Positions 18,883-29,840 are shown, numbered from the stretch's first letter. The stretch: 64,000 nt of DNA from Candidatus Omnitrophota bacterium (GCA_903860135.1 CAIOPG010000008.1:64127-128126), one strand, 5' to 3'. Program-made: numbers and translations. The notes: generated by a model not told the origin, from the sequence alone.

Positions 18883-19031
18883 AAGTATACAATCTATCAT
18901 CACATTTGACAATATATCATATCCATCCCAACGCCCCTCACAGCCCCAACTTCACATACACCGGCCTGTGGTCCGACCCCACATCAGGGCCTGTCCGGCG
19001 TTCCAGCACGGTGAAATCTTTCATCAGCAAC

Positions 19032-19370
19032 TCACCCCACTAAATTCGCCGCATGTTCGACGCAGTCGGCGCACGTTAGTTTGCCATTGGCCCGGATCTC
19101 GCGGCATGTCACGGCGCCGGCCTCTTTCATGAAATGCTCCTCTATAGCCGTTTCTTTGTTCAGCGACTTCATGGCAGATGCGGTTAGGGCCGCATACACC
19201 GCCCCGCAATACCCGCCCGGCGCGCGCCCGCCCCTGGCCCCGGCCATGGAGCCGACAAAAGCCTCATCGAGCCCCAACGGTTCGCGCAAGGCCTCTGCCA
19301 CGGCTTGGGCACACCCCAGCCGCGCCACCCCTTGCCCGAGATAATGTTTTCTTGCTGTTGATCCGACCAT
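19032..19370 (-). CDS. C_GCAxxG_C_C family putative redox protein (tentative)
   Basis: 112 aa with the Cys pattern LGCAQAV...YCGAV...TCREI...CADC. Confidence 0.45.
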   Translation of the reverse strand: MVGSTARKHYLGQGVARLGCAQAVAEALREPLGLDEAFVGSMAGARGGRAPGGYCGAVYAALTASAMKSLNKETAIEEHFMKEAGAVTCREIRANGKLTCADCVEHAANLVG

Positions 19371-19371
19371 G

Positions 19372-20610
19372 CTACACCGCCTTTTCTAATAATGCCGCCA
19401 GATGCCGCGGGACTGAGGCGCGGATATGAATTGTATTAGCGAGGTAATCCATACCTGAGATGGACCCTTCCTCGTGAACCCTGTTGACAAGGTCCATGCG
19501 AGTCATGGGGATACGGACATCAACGTCGACAACACGTCCGCCAAGTTCATGGTCAATGATGCGCAACAGACCGTCCATATTGATCTTGCCGCGGGCGGAG
19601 ATAACAACGGCATGACCGTATTCTTTGCGGATCGCCGAAACAAGTTCCGTGTCATTGACGGCATCGATCTTGTTGAGCACAAGGATCGTGGGCTTGGCGA
19701 GAGCGCCCAATTCCTCGAGCACCTTGTCAACACTGACTTTCAACGCACGGTGTGATGGGTTGCTGATATCGACAACATGCAACAGAAGGTCCGCGCTCTC
19801 GACCTCTTCGAGTGTTGCCTTGAAGGCTTCAATGAGATTATGCGGCAGGTCGTGCATGAACCCGACGGTATCCGAAAAAACAACCTTCTGGTGACTCGGC
19901 ATAACATGCTGACGCGCCAGGGAATCAAGGGTTGTGAAAAGCCCGTTACGGATCGTCTGGTGCGACCCGGTGAGCGCGTTCAAAAGAGTTGATTTGCCGG
20001 CATTGGTATACCCGACCAGCGAAATGAGCGGGATATGCTGGCGTTCACGATTCTTGCGTTTGGTCATGCGCCCCTGGGTCACGTCTTCCAGGTCTTTCTT
20101 CAGCCGGTCAATGCGTTCGCCGATACGGCGACGATCAGATTCAAGTTTTGTCTCCCCCGGGCCCAGGGTGCCGATGCCGCCGCCCTGGCGTGACAGATCA
20201 TTGTAATTCCCCGTTAGACGCGGCAAACGATACGCCAGCTGGGCCAATTCCACCTGCAATTTACCTTCCTGGGATACCGCCCGACGGGCAAAAATATCCA
20301 GGATCAGCTGGGTGCGGTCAAGGGTCTTCACCGCGATGGCTTCTTCAAGATTGCGCTGTTGCACGCCTTTTAATTCCTCGCTGAAAATAACCGCCTGGGC
20401 TGCAAGCGCCCGCGCATGCGCCGCCAACTCCTCGACCTTGCCGCTCTGGATCAGGGTCGCCGCCGTCGGAGGGCTTGCCGGGCAAACAAATGTCCCGACC
20501 ACCTCACCGCCGCAAGCCTTGACCAGCTCCGCCATCTCAAGGGATGTCTCCGGGATCGGCCATCCCCCACTGCGCCTGAAATCTACGATCGCTAAGATAA
20601 CTTTTTCCAT
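19372..20610 (-). CDS. hflX: GTPase HflX
   Basis: HflX N-domain followed by a G-domain with GYTNAGKSTLLNALTG and DTVGF. Confidence 0.85.
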   Translation of the reverse strand: MEKVILAIVDFRRSGGWPIPETSLEMAELVKACGGEVVGTFVCPASPPTAATLIQSGKVEELAAHARALAAQAVIFSEELKGVQQRNLEEAIAVKTLDRTQLILDIFARRAVSQEGKLQVELAQLAYRLPRLTGNYNDLSRQGGGIGTLGPGETKLESDRRRIGERIDRLKKDLEDVTQGRMTKRKNRERQHIPLISLVGYTNAGKSTLLNALTGSHQTIRNGLFTTLDSLARQHVMPSHQKVVFSDTVGFMHDLPHNLIEAFKATLEEVESADLLLHVVDISNPSHRALKVSVDKVLEELGALAKPTILVLNKIDAVNDTELVSAIRKEYGHAVVISARGKINMDGLLRIIDHELGGRVVDVDVRIPMTRMDLVNRVHEEGSISGMDYLANTIHIRASVPRHLAALLEKAV

Positions 20611-20612
20611 AA

Positions 20613-21524
20613 TTAACCCCTGATCTGTTTATATATTCTGTCTGCCGTTGCGCCAGGCGTTTCATCCGGTGCCAGCGTCAGCCATTCGATCCGTTTATCC
20701 TTGCGGAACCATGTCATCTGGCGTTTCACATAATGCCGCGTGTGCAATTTCATCAGATATCGGGCATGGTCGATAGCATAAAGCCCGTCGACAGCCCCCT
20801 TGACCTCCGGCAACCCGATGATCCGCGACCCGGTCGATGACAACGGCAATGCCAACAATGCCTGGACCTCCTCAACAAGCCCGCCCGCGAACATGGCATC
20901 GATCCTCGCCTCCGCCCGGCGATATAATTCTTCCCGCGGCCGTTCAAGGCCGAAGATCCGCACCGCATACTTCCCCCAGAAACCTTTGCGCTGCTGCTTG
21001 GCCTGTGAGAACGGAATGCCGGTGGCTTTATAAACCTCGAGCGCCCGCGCCACACGCCGAACATTGCCCGGCGGAATGGCCGCAGCCGCTTCAGGGTCAA
21101 CCCGTTGTAATTCGGTGTAAAGGTCCGTTGGATCTGCCGCTAGCAGCGCAGCCCTCAGATCAGGGTTGACTTCCCCCTCAAAGAGCCCGTCGAGCAGGGC
21201 CATCATGTACATCCCGCTACCGCCAACCACCAGCGGCACCTTGCCCCGGGCATGAATGCCCGCCACCGCCGCAGACGCCAACGCACGATAACGCGCCGCG
21301 CTGAATGCTTCGGTAACAGAAACAACGTCAATCAAATGATGCGCGATGCGCTGTTGAAGATCAAGGGAAGGTTTATCGCTGGCAATATGGGCTTCCCGAT
21401 AAACCTGCATGGCATCGCAGGAAACGATCTCGGCATTAACCAATGCCGCCAAGGCCACGGCGATCGCGGATTTCCCGACAGCTGTCGGCCCGACGATGAA
21501 AATAACAGGCAGACGATCAGTCAC
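20613..21524 (-). CDS. miaA: tRNA dimethylallyltransferase MiaA
   Basis: P-loop GPTAVGKS plus the MiaA architecture. There is a 4-nt overlap with the upstream gene. Confidence 0.85.
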   Translation of the reverse strand: MTDRLPVIFIVGPTAVGKSAIAVALAALVNAEIVSCDAMQVYREAHIASDKPSLDLQQRIAHHLIDVVSVTEAFSAARYRALASAAVAGIHARGKVPLVVGGSGMYMMALLDGLFEGEVNPDLRAALLAADPTDLYTELQRVDPEAAAAIPPGNVRRVARALEVYKATGIPFSQAKQQRKGFWGKYAVRIFGLERPREELYRRAEARIDAMFAGGLVEEVQALLALPLSSTGSRIIGLPEVKGAVDGLYAIDHARYLMKLHTRHYVKRQMTWFRKDKRIEWLTLAPDETPGATADRIYKQIRG

Positions 21525-22279
21525 GGATAAATACGCGTCGGGTAACCCAAACCGGAAAGTTTAGTCTCCAGGGCAAGGGCATCCTTCAAAGCCGTTGTCC
21601 GCCCCACACGCACACGATAAAAAAGCCGCCCGTCCGGGGCTGTCGTTGCGACGATGTAGGCATATTCCCCGCGGTCAAGGAGATCGCGCGTTAGCCGTTC
21701 CGCCAGCGCCTTGTCAAGAAAAGCACCCACCTGGACCGTGAAATACTGCTTCTCTTCGAGCAATTGCCGGGCCAGCCTGCCTTCGAAACTCTTAGGGTAA
21801 TCATGGACGATCTTTTGAAGGAAATCCTGCGCCTGGGCCCAATGAGCCAGCCTGAGACTGGCCCGCGCAGCCTTGAGATAGATCAATCCCAGCATCTCCG
21901 AACGGGGACGCCTGCCCATGAGCGACAACGCCTCCTGGAGCGCCTGCTCATAACGGCCCTGCATATAAAGCGCGTCGATCACGCCGATGTATGCCTTTTC
22001 ATATATTTGATCGGAGGGGCGCTCATTGACCACCTGTTTAAACGCGTCATACGCCTGCGGGTAATCGCCCAACCGCAAACGGCTCAACCCCAAATAATAC
22101 CCTGCGTACGCGGCATCATGGCGCGACAAATACCCCTTACGCGCCCCCTTGGCCAATGCCCCGGCTTTCTTGTAATCTTCCTGGATAATGGCCGCCTCAA
22201 TATCGGCCAAAGGGCTGGTGCGGGCCAACGCCGTCAACGGCACAGCCACCATGATCAGGCAAAACAGCATGCGTTTCAT
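21521..22279 (-). CDS. TPR-repeat protein with C-terminal SPOR domain
   Basis: Signal peptide, TPR-like helices, and a C-terminal YFTVQVGAF...YRVRVG SPOR motif. Confidence 0.6.
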   Translation of the reverse strand: MKRMLFCLIMVAVPLTALARTSPLADIEAAIIQEDYKKAGALAKGARKGYLSRHDAAYAGYYLGLSRLRLGDYPQAYDAFKQVVNERPSDQIYEKAYIGVIDALYMQGRYEQALQEALSLMGRRPRSEMLGLIYLKAARASLRLAHWAQAQDFLQKIVHDYPKSFEGRLARQLLEEKQYFTVQVGAFLDKALAERLTRDLLDRGEYAYIVATTAPDGRLFYRVRVGRTTALKDALALETKLSGLGYPTRIYP

Positions 22280-22729
22280 GAGTTTCCCTCGTTAAACGAA
22301 TACATAAGATATTATTAACTATACGCACACAAGGGAGTCTGTCAACGAAAGTTTAACCCGCACTTTTCAATAAACAGAGGTAATGCGGGCTGAATCCGGG
22401 GTTAGAAGGAAGAAACAGGGGCGACAGAGATTCGGAGGGAACTACAGTTTGGTGGATTCGTCATTACGGGAGGGCCCTGATCACCCCTGAATTCAATTGG
22501 GAAATTTGGTTTGAAACGATCCCTCACTCCCCTCCCACAACCAACCTAATAGGCTGACCACCTGCTAAAGTATGCACTAAAACCATAAGAAAATCAATGG
22601 TTAGAAACAAAAATTATCGAGGAATAAGGAAAAGTTCCTGTTATCGACGGATCGATGTGATTGATATTCAGCGTTTTATGAATCATGTTGAAAACTTTCG
22701 GTTGAAAGACACTCCAAAGCCAGCCAAGA

Positions 22730-23050
22730 TCACTTCCCCAATATCACCGAAAGACCTAGGAATTCCGAAAGACTTGCCAGCGGCTTAACGCCCATGATCA
22801 CCGGTGACACGCCGGAGGCGTTCTGCAGACGGGCAAGCATGGCAGGGTCGAGGTTGAATTCAATCGCCGGGCCATGGCTGTTGGTGGTCATGTTGATTTG
22901 GGAGGGATTGAGGTCGATACCGCCGGAGTGATTTACATTCATACTATTAGGAACATTTTTCGATGGTAATGCTTCAGGCATATTAATAACTTGCGTATAC
23001 AAATTAATTATATTGGGAAGTGATAAATCTCCTTTAAACTCAACATCCAC
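22730..23050 (-). pseudogene. remnant encoding only the conserved C-terminal module of the giant-protein family
   Basis: SGGIDLNPSQINM...NLDPAMLARLQNASGVSPVIMGVKPLASL aligns with the last ~55 aa of ORF 6239..10021. Upstream lies only ~85 bp of AT-rich filler before the N-module ORF. Confidence 0.4.
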
Positions 23051-23134
23051 ATACTTTGATCGTTTCTTATAAATCGAAGGATAATAAAAACGAATTTTTT
23101 TCCATCATCAGAAACAAACTCTTTGGCAACCGTT

Positions 23135-23902
23135 TCAATAAATAATCGTAACGCAGGACTGCCCTCCCCACGCTAGCGCGGGGGCGGGTGATAATTGGTT
23201 GATGCCCTGGGTCGCTTGCGTATCCGATAAAAAAGGGCGGGTCATGGCCCCGCCCCTACGTGAGAATTCATCATTTTCTGCGGTGGCCTTATAATCGGAC
23301 TCCAACATTACCTTTAACCTGGATTCAACGACGTAGGCGGCGTCTTGGTGTTCGTAGACGGTGGCTTTCTCGGGGGTGATCCAGACTTTGTTGAAGGTGG
23401 CGACGGGGATATCCGTGGTGCCGTAGCGTTTTAAGGCTTCGGCGTAGACTTTAGCCCAGAATTCCTTGCCGACTTTATCGTCGGGATAAATGACGGATGC
23501 GGTAATTTGTTTAAGAATATAATCCTGCGCCAAAAGGTCGCGGCCCATTTCGGTCTGGCCAAAGGCTTCGGGCACAATGCGGTCTTTTTCATACGGACTT
23601 AAATTCACCCACAGGTCTTTCTCGGGAACCGTGAGCGAGGCGAGAAAATATTTGATCAGGCGCAGGGAATCCCCTTCAGCCTTCGCATCCCCTTTATCCA
23701 AGATAAAATCAAAGCGGAAAGGGTCGTTCCGATACACCTTGATGCCCTTTAAAAGCGGCGGGGCAAAGACCGGGCTCAAAGCCAGGCGCGTACCCGGCGC
23801 GGGCAATGTCACCTGCGCATAAAGCCGTGCATCCGGCATGATCAATGCCGTGATCAGGATGCTGGCGATAAACTTATATAGTTTTACCCTGAAATTATAC
23901 AA
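23135..23902 (-). CDS. truncated paralog of the giant protein (signal peptide + conserved N-terminal module only)
   Basis: A TTG start at 23902 with a GAGGG SD gives a signal peptide KLYKFIASILITALIM. There is about 70% aa identity to residues ~60-280 of the giant protein, after which it diverges and stops. Confidence 0.5.
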   Translation of the reverse strand: MYNFRVKLYKFIASILITALIMPDARLYAQVTLPAPGTRLALSPVFAPPLLKGIKVYRNDPFRFDFILDKGDAKAEGDSLRLIKYFLASLTVPEKDLWVNLSPYEKDRIVPEAFGQTEMGRDLLAQDYILKQITASVIYPDDKVGKEFWAKVYAEALKRYGTTDIPVATFNKVWITPEKATVYEHQDAAYVVESRLKVMLESDYKATAENDEFSRRGGAMTRPFLSDTQATQGINQLSPAPALAWGGQSCVTIIY

Positions 23903-24063
23903 AATTATCCCTCTATTGATATAAATGAACCCAACCTTAATGATAAAGATAACATATATAAGCGAATGCAATATGTTGGACAAATTGGCAATTGAATTGA
24001 CAATTTGTCCAGTGCAGGAAATCTTGGGGAATGCTTTATGATTAAATCAGGGGAAATAAATCT

Positions 24064-24489
24064 TCAATCACGCCCTGCATCAAACGGGTTAACAATCTTG
24101 ATACCTTCATACAGGCACCCGACACTAAAATCTTCGCTCAGGATCTCGTCGGCCTTGGCTGACCTAGCTGCCGCGATGATCAATGAATCCCAAAAAGACA
24201 GCTTCAACCGCGACTTCAATCGCATCCCTTCGGTCAACAGCGCCGCATCATTAACAACAACATTCCATTGAAGCAAGTCTTCAATAATTTCTGCTGCCAG
24301 GTTTTCCGAGACACCCTTCCTGACAAAATTAACATAACACTCCTGCAAAACCTGAATACTGATGCTCGGCGGAATCGCTTGTCCCCATAATGATTTAAGG
24401 ATGCGCACCGCCATCGTGTGCCGCGCCCCCGCATCAAGGTCATAGGCATAAATGATTATATTGGAATCAACGAACACCTTTTTACTCAT
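24064..24489 (-). CDS. PIN domain toxin (VapC-like)
   Basis: MSKKVFVDSNIIIYAYD... PIN fold. Confidence 0.75.
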   Translation of the reverse strand: MSKKVFVDSNIIIYAYDLDAGARHTMAVRILKSLWGQAIPPSISIQVLQECYVNFVRKGVSENLAAEIIEDLLQWNVVVNDAALLTEGMRLKSRLKLSFWDSLIIAAARSAKADEILSEDFSVGCLYEGIKIVNPFDAGRD

Positions 24490-24709
24490 AAATATCAGCC
24501 CGGCTTAACGGCTTGCCGCCCAGATGAAACCCTTGCTTCAGGCTTGCCAATGCCCGTGCCCTTGCGCGCTGGTGATCATCTGACGCTGATACCTCAGAAG
24601 CAATAAGGTCACTGACCCATTGGGAAAGCGATTTATTATAAGCAACAGCCTTGTATCGCGCCTTATGCAAAAGCTGTGCATCCAGTCTCAATGTGATATT
24701 CTTTGTCAT
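24482..24709 (-). CDS. antitoxin partner of PIN toxin (RHH-like)
   Basis: 75 aa ORF that overlaps the PIN gene by 8 nt. Confidence 0.55.
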   Translation of the reverse strand: MTKNITLRLDAQLLHKARYKAVAYNKSLSQWVSDLIASEVSASDDHQRARARALASLKQGFHLGGKPLSRADIYE

Positions 24710-24789
24710 GAATTCATCCTCCTCAGACCAATATTAGCACATTTTGTGTGCAGAATAAAGGCGGATAGGGATCAATGCTGCTTTGTTCT

Positions 24790-25041
24790 TTACATAACAG
24801 CATGAAAATGTTGCGCCACCAAAACCTTGACAACCGCCTGACGCGTAATGCCAAGACGCCCGGCCTCTTTATCCAGTGAATTCAACATCCACACAGGAAA
24901 ATCAACATTAACCCGCTTGATCTCCTGCCCACCACGTCTTGTTTTAGCAAGATCCAAATGTGTTGTCACATTTTTACCTGCATCAAAAATAGCATCAAAT
25001 TCTTTAGCTTTCATAAATAGCCCTCTCTTCTGGCCTTGCAC
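24790..25041 (-). CDS. BrnA-like (CopG family) antitoxin, orphan
   Basis: KAKEFDAIFDAGKNVTTHLDLAKTRR resembles BrnA. No BrnT-like ORF is adjacent. Confidence 0.45.
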   Translation of the reverse strand: MQGQKRGLFMKAKEFDAIFDAGKNVTTHLDLAKTRRGGQEIKRVNVDFPVWMLNSLDKEAGRLGITRQAVVKVLVAQHFHAVM

Positions 25042-25052
25042 GGCGCATCTAT

Positions 25053-25793
25053 TCAGCGCCCGAGAGATTTTAGGTAGTCGTCGATGACATTGTTGTGGTC
25101 AAAGGCGCAAGGGGTGGTGCGTAAGGCGGTAAAGGGAATGATGCGCAGGGCTTGGGCGTCGTCTCCGGCCTGGGGGTTGCCGATGCCTTTGGCGGTAAAG
25201 ACGGTGGTGACCGTATGGAAACGCGGGTCACGGGACGGGTCGGAATAGATGTGGAACTGCTTTAGATCTTCCAGGTCCATGCCCGTTTCTTCCTTGGCTT
25301 CACGCCGGGCAGCGGTTTCAAGGCTTTCCCCGCGGTCCACAAAACCTCCGGGCAAAGCCCAGCCAAAGGGCGGATTGGTGCGCTCGATCAGGATGATCCC
25401 TTCGCCAACCTCAATGATGATATCCGTTGTCACGTAAGGCCCCCAGGCAAGGTCTTCCATGATATGGCGCAGGTAACCAAAGACCTGTTTTTCAAAAAGA
25501 CGCAACATATCATCTGTCGGCAACGTAATAACAATTTCTTTAAGAATGCTGTCTGTCGCCGCCTCACGGGCAACACGTAAAATTTCCTGCGACATGATTT
25601 TAGACGACGCGATCAACGGGAATCCGACATCACACCCCACCGCCGGAAGGGCTAGCACCGGCAATGCGGCATTCTGGACAAAAAATCCCGCATAAGCCGC
25701 ACGCACTGTATGTTCATTGACCCCTGCCCCGATAACAACAGCCGGGACATGCCCCTTGACGATCGAAACCTTGATGTGGCGCACCATGATCAT
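25053..25793 (-). CDS. NUDIX hydrolase with N-terminal extension
   Basis: NUDIX box [23 protein letters not shown]. Confidence 0.6.
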   Translation of the reverse strand: MIMVRHIKVSIVKGHVPAVVIGAGVNEHTVRAAYAGFFVQNAALPVLALPAVGCDVGFPLIASSKIMSQEILRVAREAATDSILKEIVITLPTDDMLRLFEKQVFGYLRHIMEDLAWGPYVTTDIIIEVGEGIILIERTNPPFGWALPGGFVDRGESLETAARREAKEETGMDLEDLKQFHIYSDPSRDPRFHTVTTVFTAKGIGNPQAGDDAQALRIIPFTALRTTPCAFDHNNVIDDYLKSLGR

Positions 25794-27223
25794 GACGTAA
25801 CCGCCTTTCTGACAAATTCCAAGGCCTGTTCTTTGGTCGTGATCTTGCCCAAATGCTGGGCCTCTTCGACCTGCTCAAGCCACACGGCAAAATCCGGCCC
25901 GGGCTTAAGGCCAAGCACTCGGATCAGATCATCCCCACCGAGCAGACGCACGAACGGTTTTTCCTTCTTCTTCTGAAAATACTGCCGCATCAACGGCAGG
26001 CAGATAGCCTGCATATGCGCAAGGTCCCCGTCGGTGGTCAAAGGGCCGCGCGTGGCGCGCTGATCAGCCAGGCACAACAAAAGGATCGCCGCCGCCTCAT
26101 CTTTGGCATCACGGAAATAACGGAAAACCGCCTTGTCCGACGGCCGCTTGAAATTGGCCAGATACCCCGGGCGCAAATGCAAGGCCACCATATCTTCGAG
26201 GGCGTGCCGTTCTTTCGTCGAAAATAATAATTGCCGGGCCATGATCTGCACGATCCGGCGCCCCACATGTTCATGGCCGTGAAAACTGGTACGCCCGCCC
26301 GGTTCTTTCTTCATGGTGTCCGGCTTGCCGCTATCATGCCACAGGCAGGCCAGCTTGAGGAGCGCGCCGCGCCTGTGCCCTCCGGCGATCTCCTCGTCGA
26401 GATAAGCCTTAAGGTCAGGCTCAGCGGCCAGTTCAACCAAGAGCTTTTCGAGCTGAACAAGCGTTTCGAGCGAATGCTTCCAGACATCCAGATGATGATA
26501 CCCCCCCTGCACCACGCCATACATCACCCGCACCTGCGGCATGACCATAAAAAGCACCCCGTCGCGGTCCATGGCCTTGATCACCCGCGCCGCTCGCGGG
26601 CTCTGCAATATCTTGAAAAGTTCTTCGCGCACGCGTTCGGGAGATACCGCCTTAATCAAGGAACATTCCGCCTTAATGCGCGCCCTGGTCAACGGCTCGA
26701 TCTTGAAACCCAGCTGGGCCGAAAGGCTGTAGGCACGCAATATCCTTAAGGGATCTTCCTTAAACGCTGCGGCAAACGCCATGCGGATCACCTTCGCCGC
26801 GATGTCCGCTTTCGCCCGGGGATGGGCGATGACACGCAAAGGTGTCTGATGCAGCTGACCGTCGATACCGGAAATATCCGCCGCAAAAGTGTTGATCGTA
26901 AAGTCCCGGCGCCGCAAGTCCCCCCGGATGGTCGTAGCCCGCAGGTCAGCAAAGTCATACGTCCATAACCCGTCAGGCCGTTTACGGACCACACGGCCAC
27001 AGCCATGGTCAGCATCGAGAAGGACAAAAGCCCCGCGTACCGCCCTGGCAAAACGCCGCGCCAGCGCCACAGCCCCCGAGGAGACCGCAAAGTCAAGGTC
27101 GCGCCCAGACCGCCCGACCTGGGCATCGCGTAAATAGCCGCCGACGAGGAAAACCTGTGTTTTCCCCCGGCGGAGCATTTTTTGTAATAACTGGAGTTCG
27201 GGTTGATCAGGCAGGAACAGCAT
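25790..27223 (-). CDS. cca: CCA-adding tRNA nucleotidyltransferase with HD domain
   Basis: PolyA-polymerase head domain GGYLRD...DLDF followed by an HD domain. Confidence 0.8.
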   Translation of the reverse strand: MLFLPDQPELQLLQKMLRRGKTQVFLVGGYLRDAQVGRSGRDLDFAVSSGAVALARRFARAVRGAFVLLDADHGCGRVVRKRPDGLWTYDFADLRATTIRGDLRRRDFTINTFAADISGIDGQLHQTPLRVIAHPRAKADIAAKVIRMAFAAAFKEDPLRILRAYSLSAQLGFKIEPLTRARIKAECSLIKAVSPERVREELFKILQSPRAARVIKAMDRDGVLFMVMPQVRVMYGVVQGGYHHLDVWKHSLETLVQLEKLLVELAAEPDLKAYLDEEIAGGHRRGALLKLACLWHDSGKPDTMKKEPGGRTSFHGHEHVGRRIVQIMARQLLFSTKERHALEDMVALHLRPGYLANFKRPSDKAVFRYFRDAKDEAAAILLLCLADQRATRGPLTTDGDLAHMQAICLPLMRQYFQKKKEKPFVRLLGGDDLIRVLGLKPGPDFAVWLEQVEEAQHLGKITTKEQALEFVRKAVTS

Positions 27224-27226
27224 CGG

Positions 27227-27631
27227 CTATGCGTCCGTACCAAGGACCTGCGCAAAGATCTTGTTCTCGATGAAGATCGGGATATTCATGCGCACGGACA
27301 AGGCAATGCCGTCGGACGGCCGGCAATCTATCAGCACCTGTGCCCCTTCCCTGTTCTTCAAACACAGTTTGGCAAAGAATGTCCCTTCAAGAAAACCATC
27401 AATGAAAAGATGTTCCACTTCGGCCTCCAACGCTTTGATCACCGCCGAGAGAAGATCATGCGTCATGGGGCGCGGGGTCGTGACACCGGCGATGCACATC
27501 TGGATGCTCGACGCCTCAACAAAACCGATCATGATCGGGATCAGGCGGCCGCCGTCCTTCTCGCGCAGGACAACGGCCTGGTCATGATTCTTCTCGTCGA
27601 TAATGATCCGTGCCAGCTCAACCCTGATCAT
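27227..27631 (-). CDS. bifunctional nuclease (BFN/DUF151) family protein
   Basis: 134 aa with the RPSDGIALSV motif. Confidence 0.65.
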   Translation of the reverse strand: MIRVELARIIIDEKNHDQAVVLREKDGGRLIPIMIGFVEASSIQMCIAGVTTPRPMTHDLLSAVIKALEAEVEHLFIDGFLEGTFFAKLCLKNREGAQVLIDCRPSDGIALSVRMNIPIFIENKIFAQVLGTDA

Positions 27632-28101
27632 GCCCGCACCTTTTCTTTCTCGCGCTCAAGGATGACCTTGATCTCGTTCATGAAATGATTCACGTCGCGG
27701 AATTGACGGTAAACAGAAGCAAAACGCACATAGGCCACTTCATCCAGGTCGTAAAGCCTTTCCATGATCTGCTCGCCGATCACGGTCGCGGCCACTTCAC
27801 GGTCATAGCGCTTCTGAAGTTCCCGCTCGATGTCCATGGCAATGTTCTCGATCTGGACAATGCTGACCGGCCGTTTTTCGCAGGCCTTGATCATGCCGTT
27901 AATGATGCGCGCGCGGTCATACGCCTGGCGCCGGCCGTCTTTCTTGATGATCATCAGAGACACATGCTCGATATATTCGTGCGTCGTAAAACGCTTCGAA
28001 CACTTCAGGCACTCCCTACGGCGGCGGATAGATGAACCTTCCGCGTTCATGCGCGAATCGATGACCTTGGTCTCTTTATACTGACACGCCGGGCATTTCA
28101 T
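27628..28101 (-). CDS. nrdR: transcriptional repressor NrdR
   Basis: MKCPACQYKETKVIDSR Zn-ribbon followed by an ATP-cone. Confidence 0.85.
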   Translation of the reverse strand: MKCPACQYKETKVIDSRMNAEGSSIRRRRECLKCSKRFTTHEYIEHVSLMIIKKDGRRQAYDRARIINGMIKACEKRPVSIVQIENIAMDIERELQKRYDREVAATVIGEQIMERLYDLDEVAYVRFASVYRQFRDVNHFMNEIKVILEREKEKVRA

Positions 28102-28104
28102 GTA

Positions 28105-29349
28105 TCAGGCAAGCCCTGGATAGATCGGAAATTTCTTTGTCAACGCCGCGACACCCGCGCGCACCTTGTCAAGCGCTGGGGCATCATCACGGTGGATAAT
28201 GGCCTCATCGATGAAACGGGCGATCTCTTCCACCTCCGCCTCGTCCATGCCGCGGGTCGTGACCGCCGGTGTGCCGATACGGATGCCGCTGGTGACCGCC
28301 GGTGCCTGGGTATCAAAAGGAACAAGATTTTTATTGACCGTGATCTTGACCGTATCCAGGAGCGTCGCGGCATCCTTGCCGGTAATATTCTTGGGGCGCA
28401 GGTCAACCATGAAAAGATGGTTATCCGTCCCGCCGGAAACAATGCGGAAACCGCGCCGCTCGAGTGCCGCGGCAAAAACCTTGGCGTTGCGGACAACACG
28501 TTCCTGGTACGCCTTGAATCCGGGAGCAAGGGCTTCCTTGAAAGCCACGGCCTTGCCGGCAATGACATGCATCAACGGGCCGCCCTGAATACCGGGGAAA
28601 ATGGCCGCATCGATTTTCTTGGCAAATGCCTGACGGCACAGGATGATCCCGCCGCGCGGGCCACGCAGGGTCTTGTGCGTCGTAGAAGTAACAAAATCAG
28701 CATACGGCACCGGGCTTGGATGAAGCCCCGCCGCCACAAGCCCCGCAAAATGAGCCATATCTACAAAAAGGTAGGCACCCACCTTATCGCAGATCTCACG
28801 GAACCGCTTGAAATCCAGGACGCGGGAATACGCTGAATACCCGGCAATGATCATTTTAGGTTTATGCTCGAGCGCGATACGCTCCACCTCATCCATATCA
28901 ATGCGCTCGGTAACCGCATCAACTTTGTAGGAAACAATATTATAAAGGCGGCCGGAAATATTGATCTTCAATCCGTGCGTCAAATGCCCGCCGCAAGCCA
29001 GGTCAAGGCCCATCAGGGTGTCGCCGGGCTTGAGGGCCGCTAGAAAAACGGCGGTGTTCGCCTGAGAACCGGAATGCGGCTGAACATTGGCATGATCCGC
29101 CCCGAAAAGCTGTTTGAGACGGTCAAGGGCCAGCTGTTCCACGGCATCAACGTGCTCACAACCGTTGTACCAGCGCGCCGCGGGATACCCTTCGGCATAC
29201 TTGTTGGTCAGAACCGAACCCATGGCCTCGATCACGGCTTCGGAAACGATATTCTCCGACGCAATAAGTTCAAGGTTCTCCTGCTGACGCCCAAGCTCCG
29301 CCTGAATGGCATTAAAAATTTCCTGATCCGCTTGTTGAAGATATGACAT
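28105..29349 (-). CDS. glyA: serine hydroxymethyltransferase
   Basis: [14 protein letters not shown] and [12 protein letters not shown]. The start was moved to the MSYLQQ Met, which has a GGAG SD; the track ORF is 75 aa too long. Confidence 0.9.
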   Translation of the reverse strand: MSYLQQADQEIFNAIQAELGRQQENLELIASENIVSEAVIEAMGSVLTNKYAEGYPAARWYNGCEHVDAVEQLALDRLKQLFGADHANVQPHSGSQANTAVFLAALKPGDTLMGLDLACGGHLTHGLKINISGRLYNIVSYKVDAVTERIDMDEVERIALEHKPKMIIAGYSAYSRVLDFKRFREICDKVGAYLFVDMAHFAGLVAAGLHPSPVPYADFVTSTTHKTLRGPRGGIILCRQAFAKKIDAAIFPGIQGGPLMHVIAGKAVAFKEALAPGFKAYQERVVRNAKVFAAALERRGFRIVSGGTDNHLFMVDLRPKNITGKDAATLLDTVKITVNKNLVPFDTQAPAVTSGIRIGTPAVTTRGMDEAEVEEIARFIDEAIIHRDDAPALDKVRAGVAALTKKFPIYPGLA

Positions 29350-29362
29350 ACCTGCTCCGTTA

Positions 29363-29836
29363 TTAAAGATCCTTGAAAAGTTTTTTCTCCATCGCCGCGA
29401 TCTGCTTCGTGCGGCGCAAATGCCTGCCCCCTTCAAACTCCGTTGCCAACCATACCTTGATGATCTCGAATAGATCCTCATGCGCCACGAACTTCGCGCC
29501 CAGGACAAGGATATTGGCATTATTATGCTGACGCGATAATATGGCTGCTTCCTTGTTATAGCACAACGCGGCATAAGCCCCGGGCACTTTGTTGGCCGCG
29601 ATCGAATGCCCGATCCCGCTCATGCAGACCAGGATACCGCGCCCTTTCTTAAAACGGGCCACCTGCGATGCCACCTCATAAGCAATGAGCGGATAATCAC
29701 AAGGCTCAACATCATAAGAACCAGCGTCGATCACCTCATGCCCGAGCTTCTTAAGAAACACCATGATCTCCGCCTTCAGCTCAAACCCGCGATGATCGGC
29801 GCCGATAAAAACAGGGCTGCGTCCTTTAACTGTCAT
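29363..29836 (-). CDS. rpiB: ribose-5-phosphate isomerase B
   Basis: RpiB/LacA/LacB fold with [10 protein letters not shown]. The start was moved to MTVKGRSPV. Confidence 0.8.
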   Translation of the reverse strand: MTVKGRSPVFIGADHRGFELKAEIMVFLKKLGHEVIDAGSYDVEPCDYPLIAYEVASQVARFKKGRGILVCMSGIGHSIAANKVPGAYAALCYNKEAAILSRQHNNANILVLGAKFVAHEDLFEIIKVWLATEFEGGRHLRRTKQIAAMEKKLFKDL

Positions 29837-29840
29837 AACC

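Noticed and set aside
22280-22600. tRNA or tmRNA gene in the large intergenic region
   Set aside because: No GTTCGAATCC-like T-loop, acceptor/CCA arrangement or tag-peptide reading frame could be found by eye. It was kept only as a possible structured RNA.
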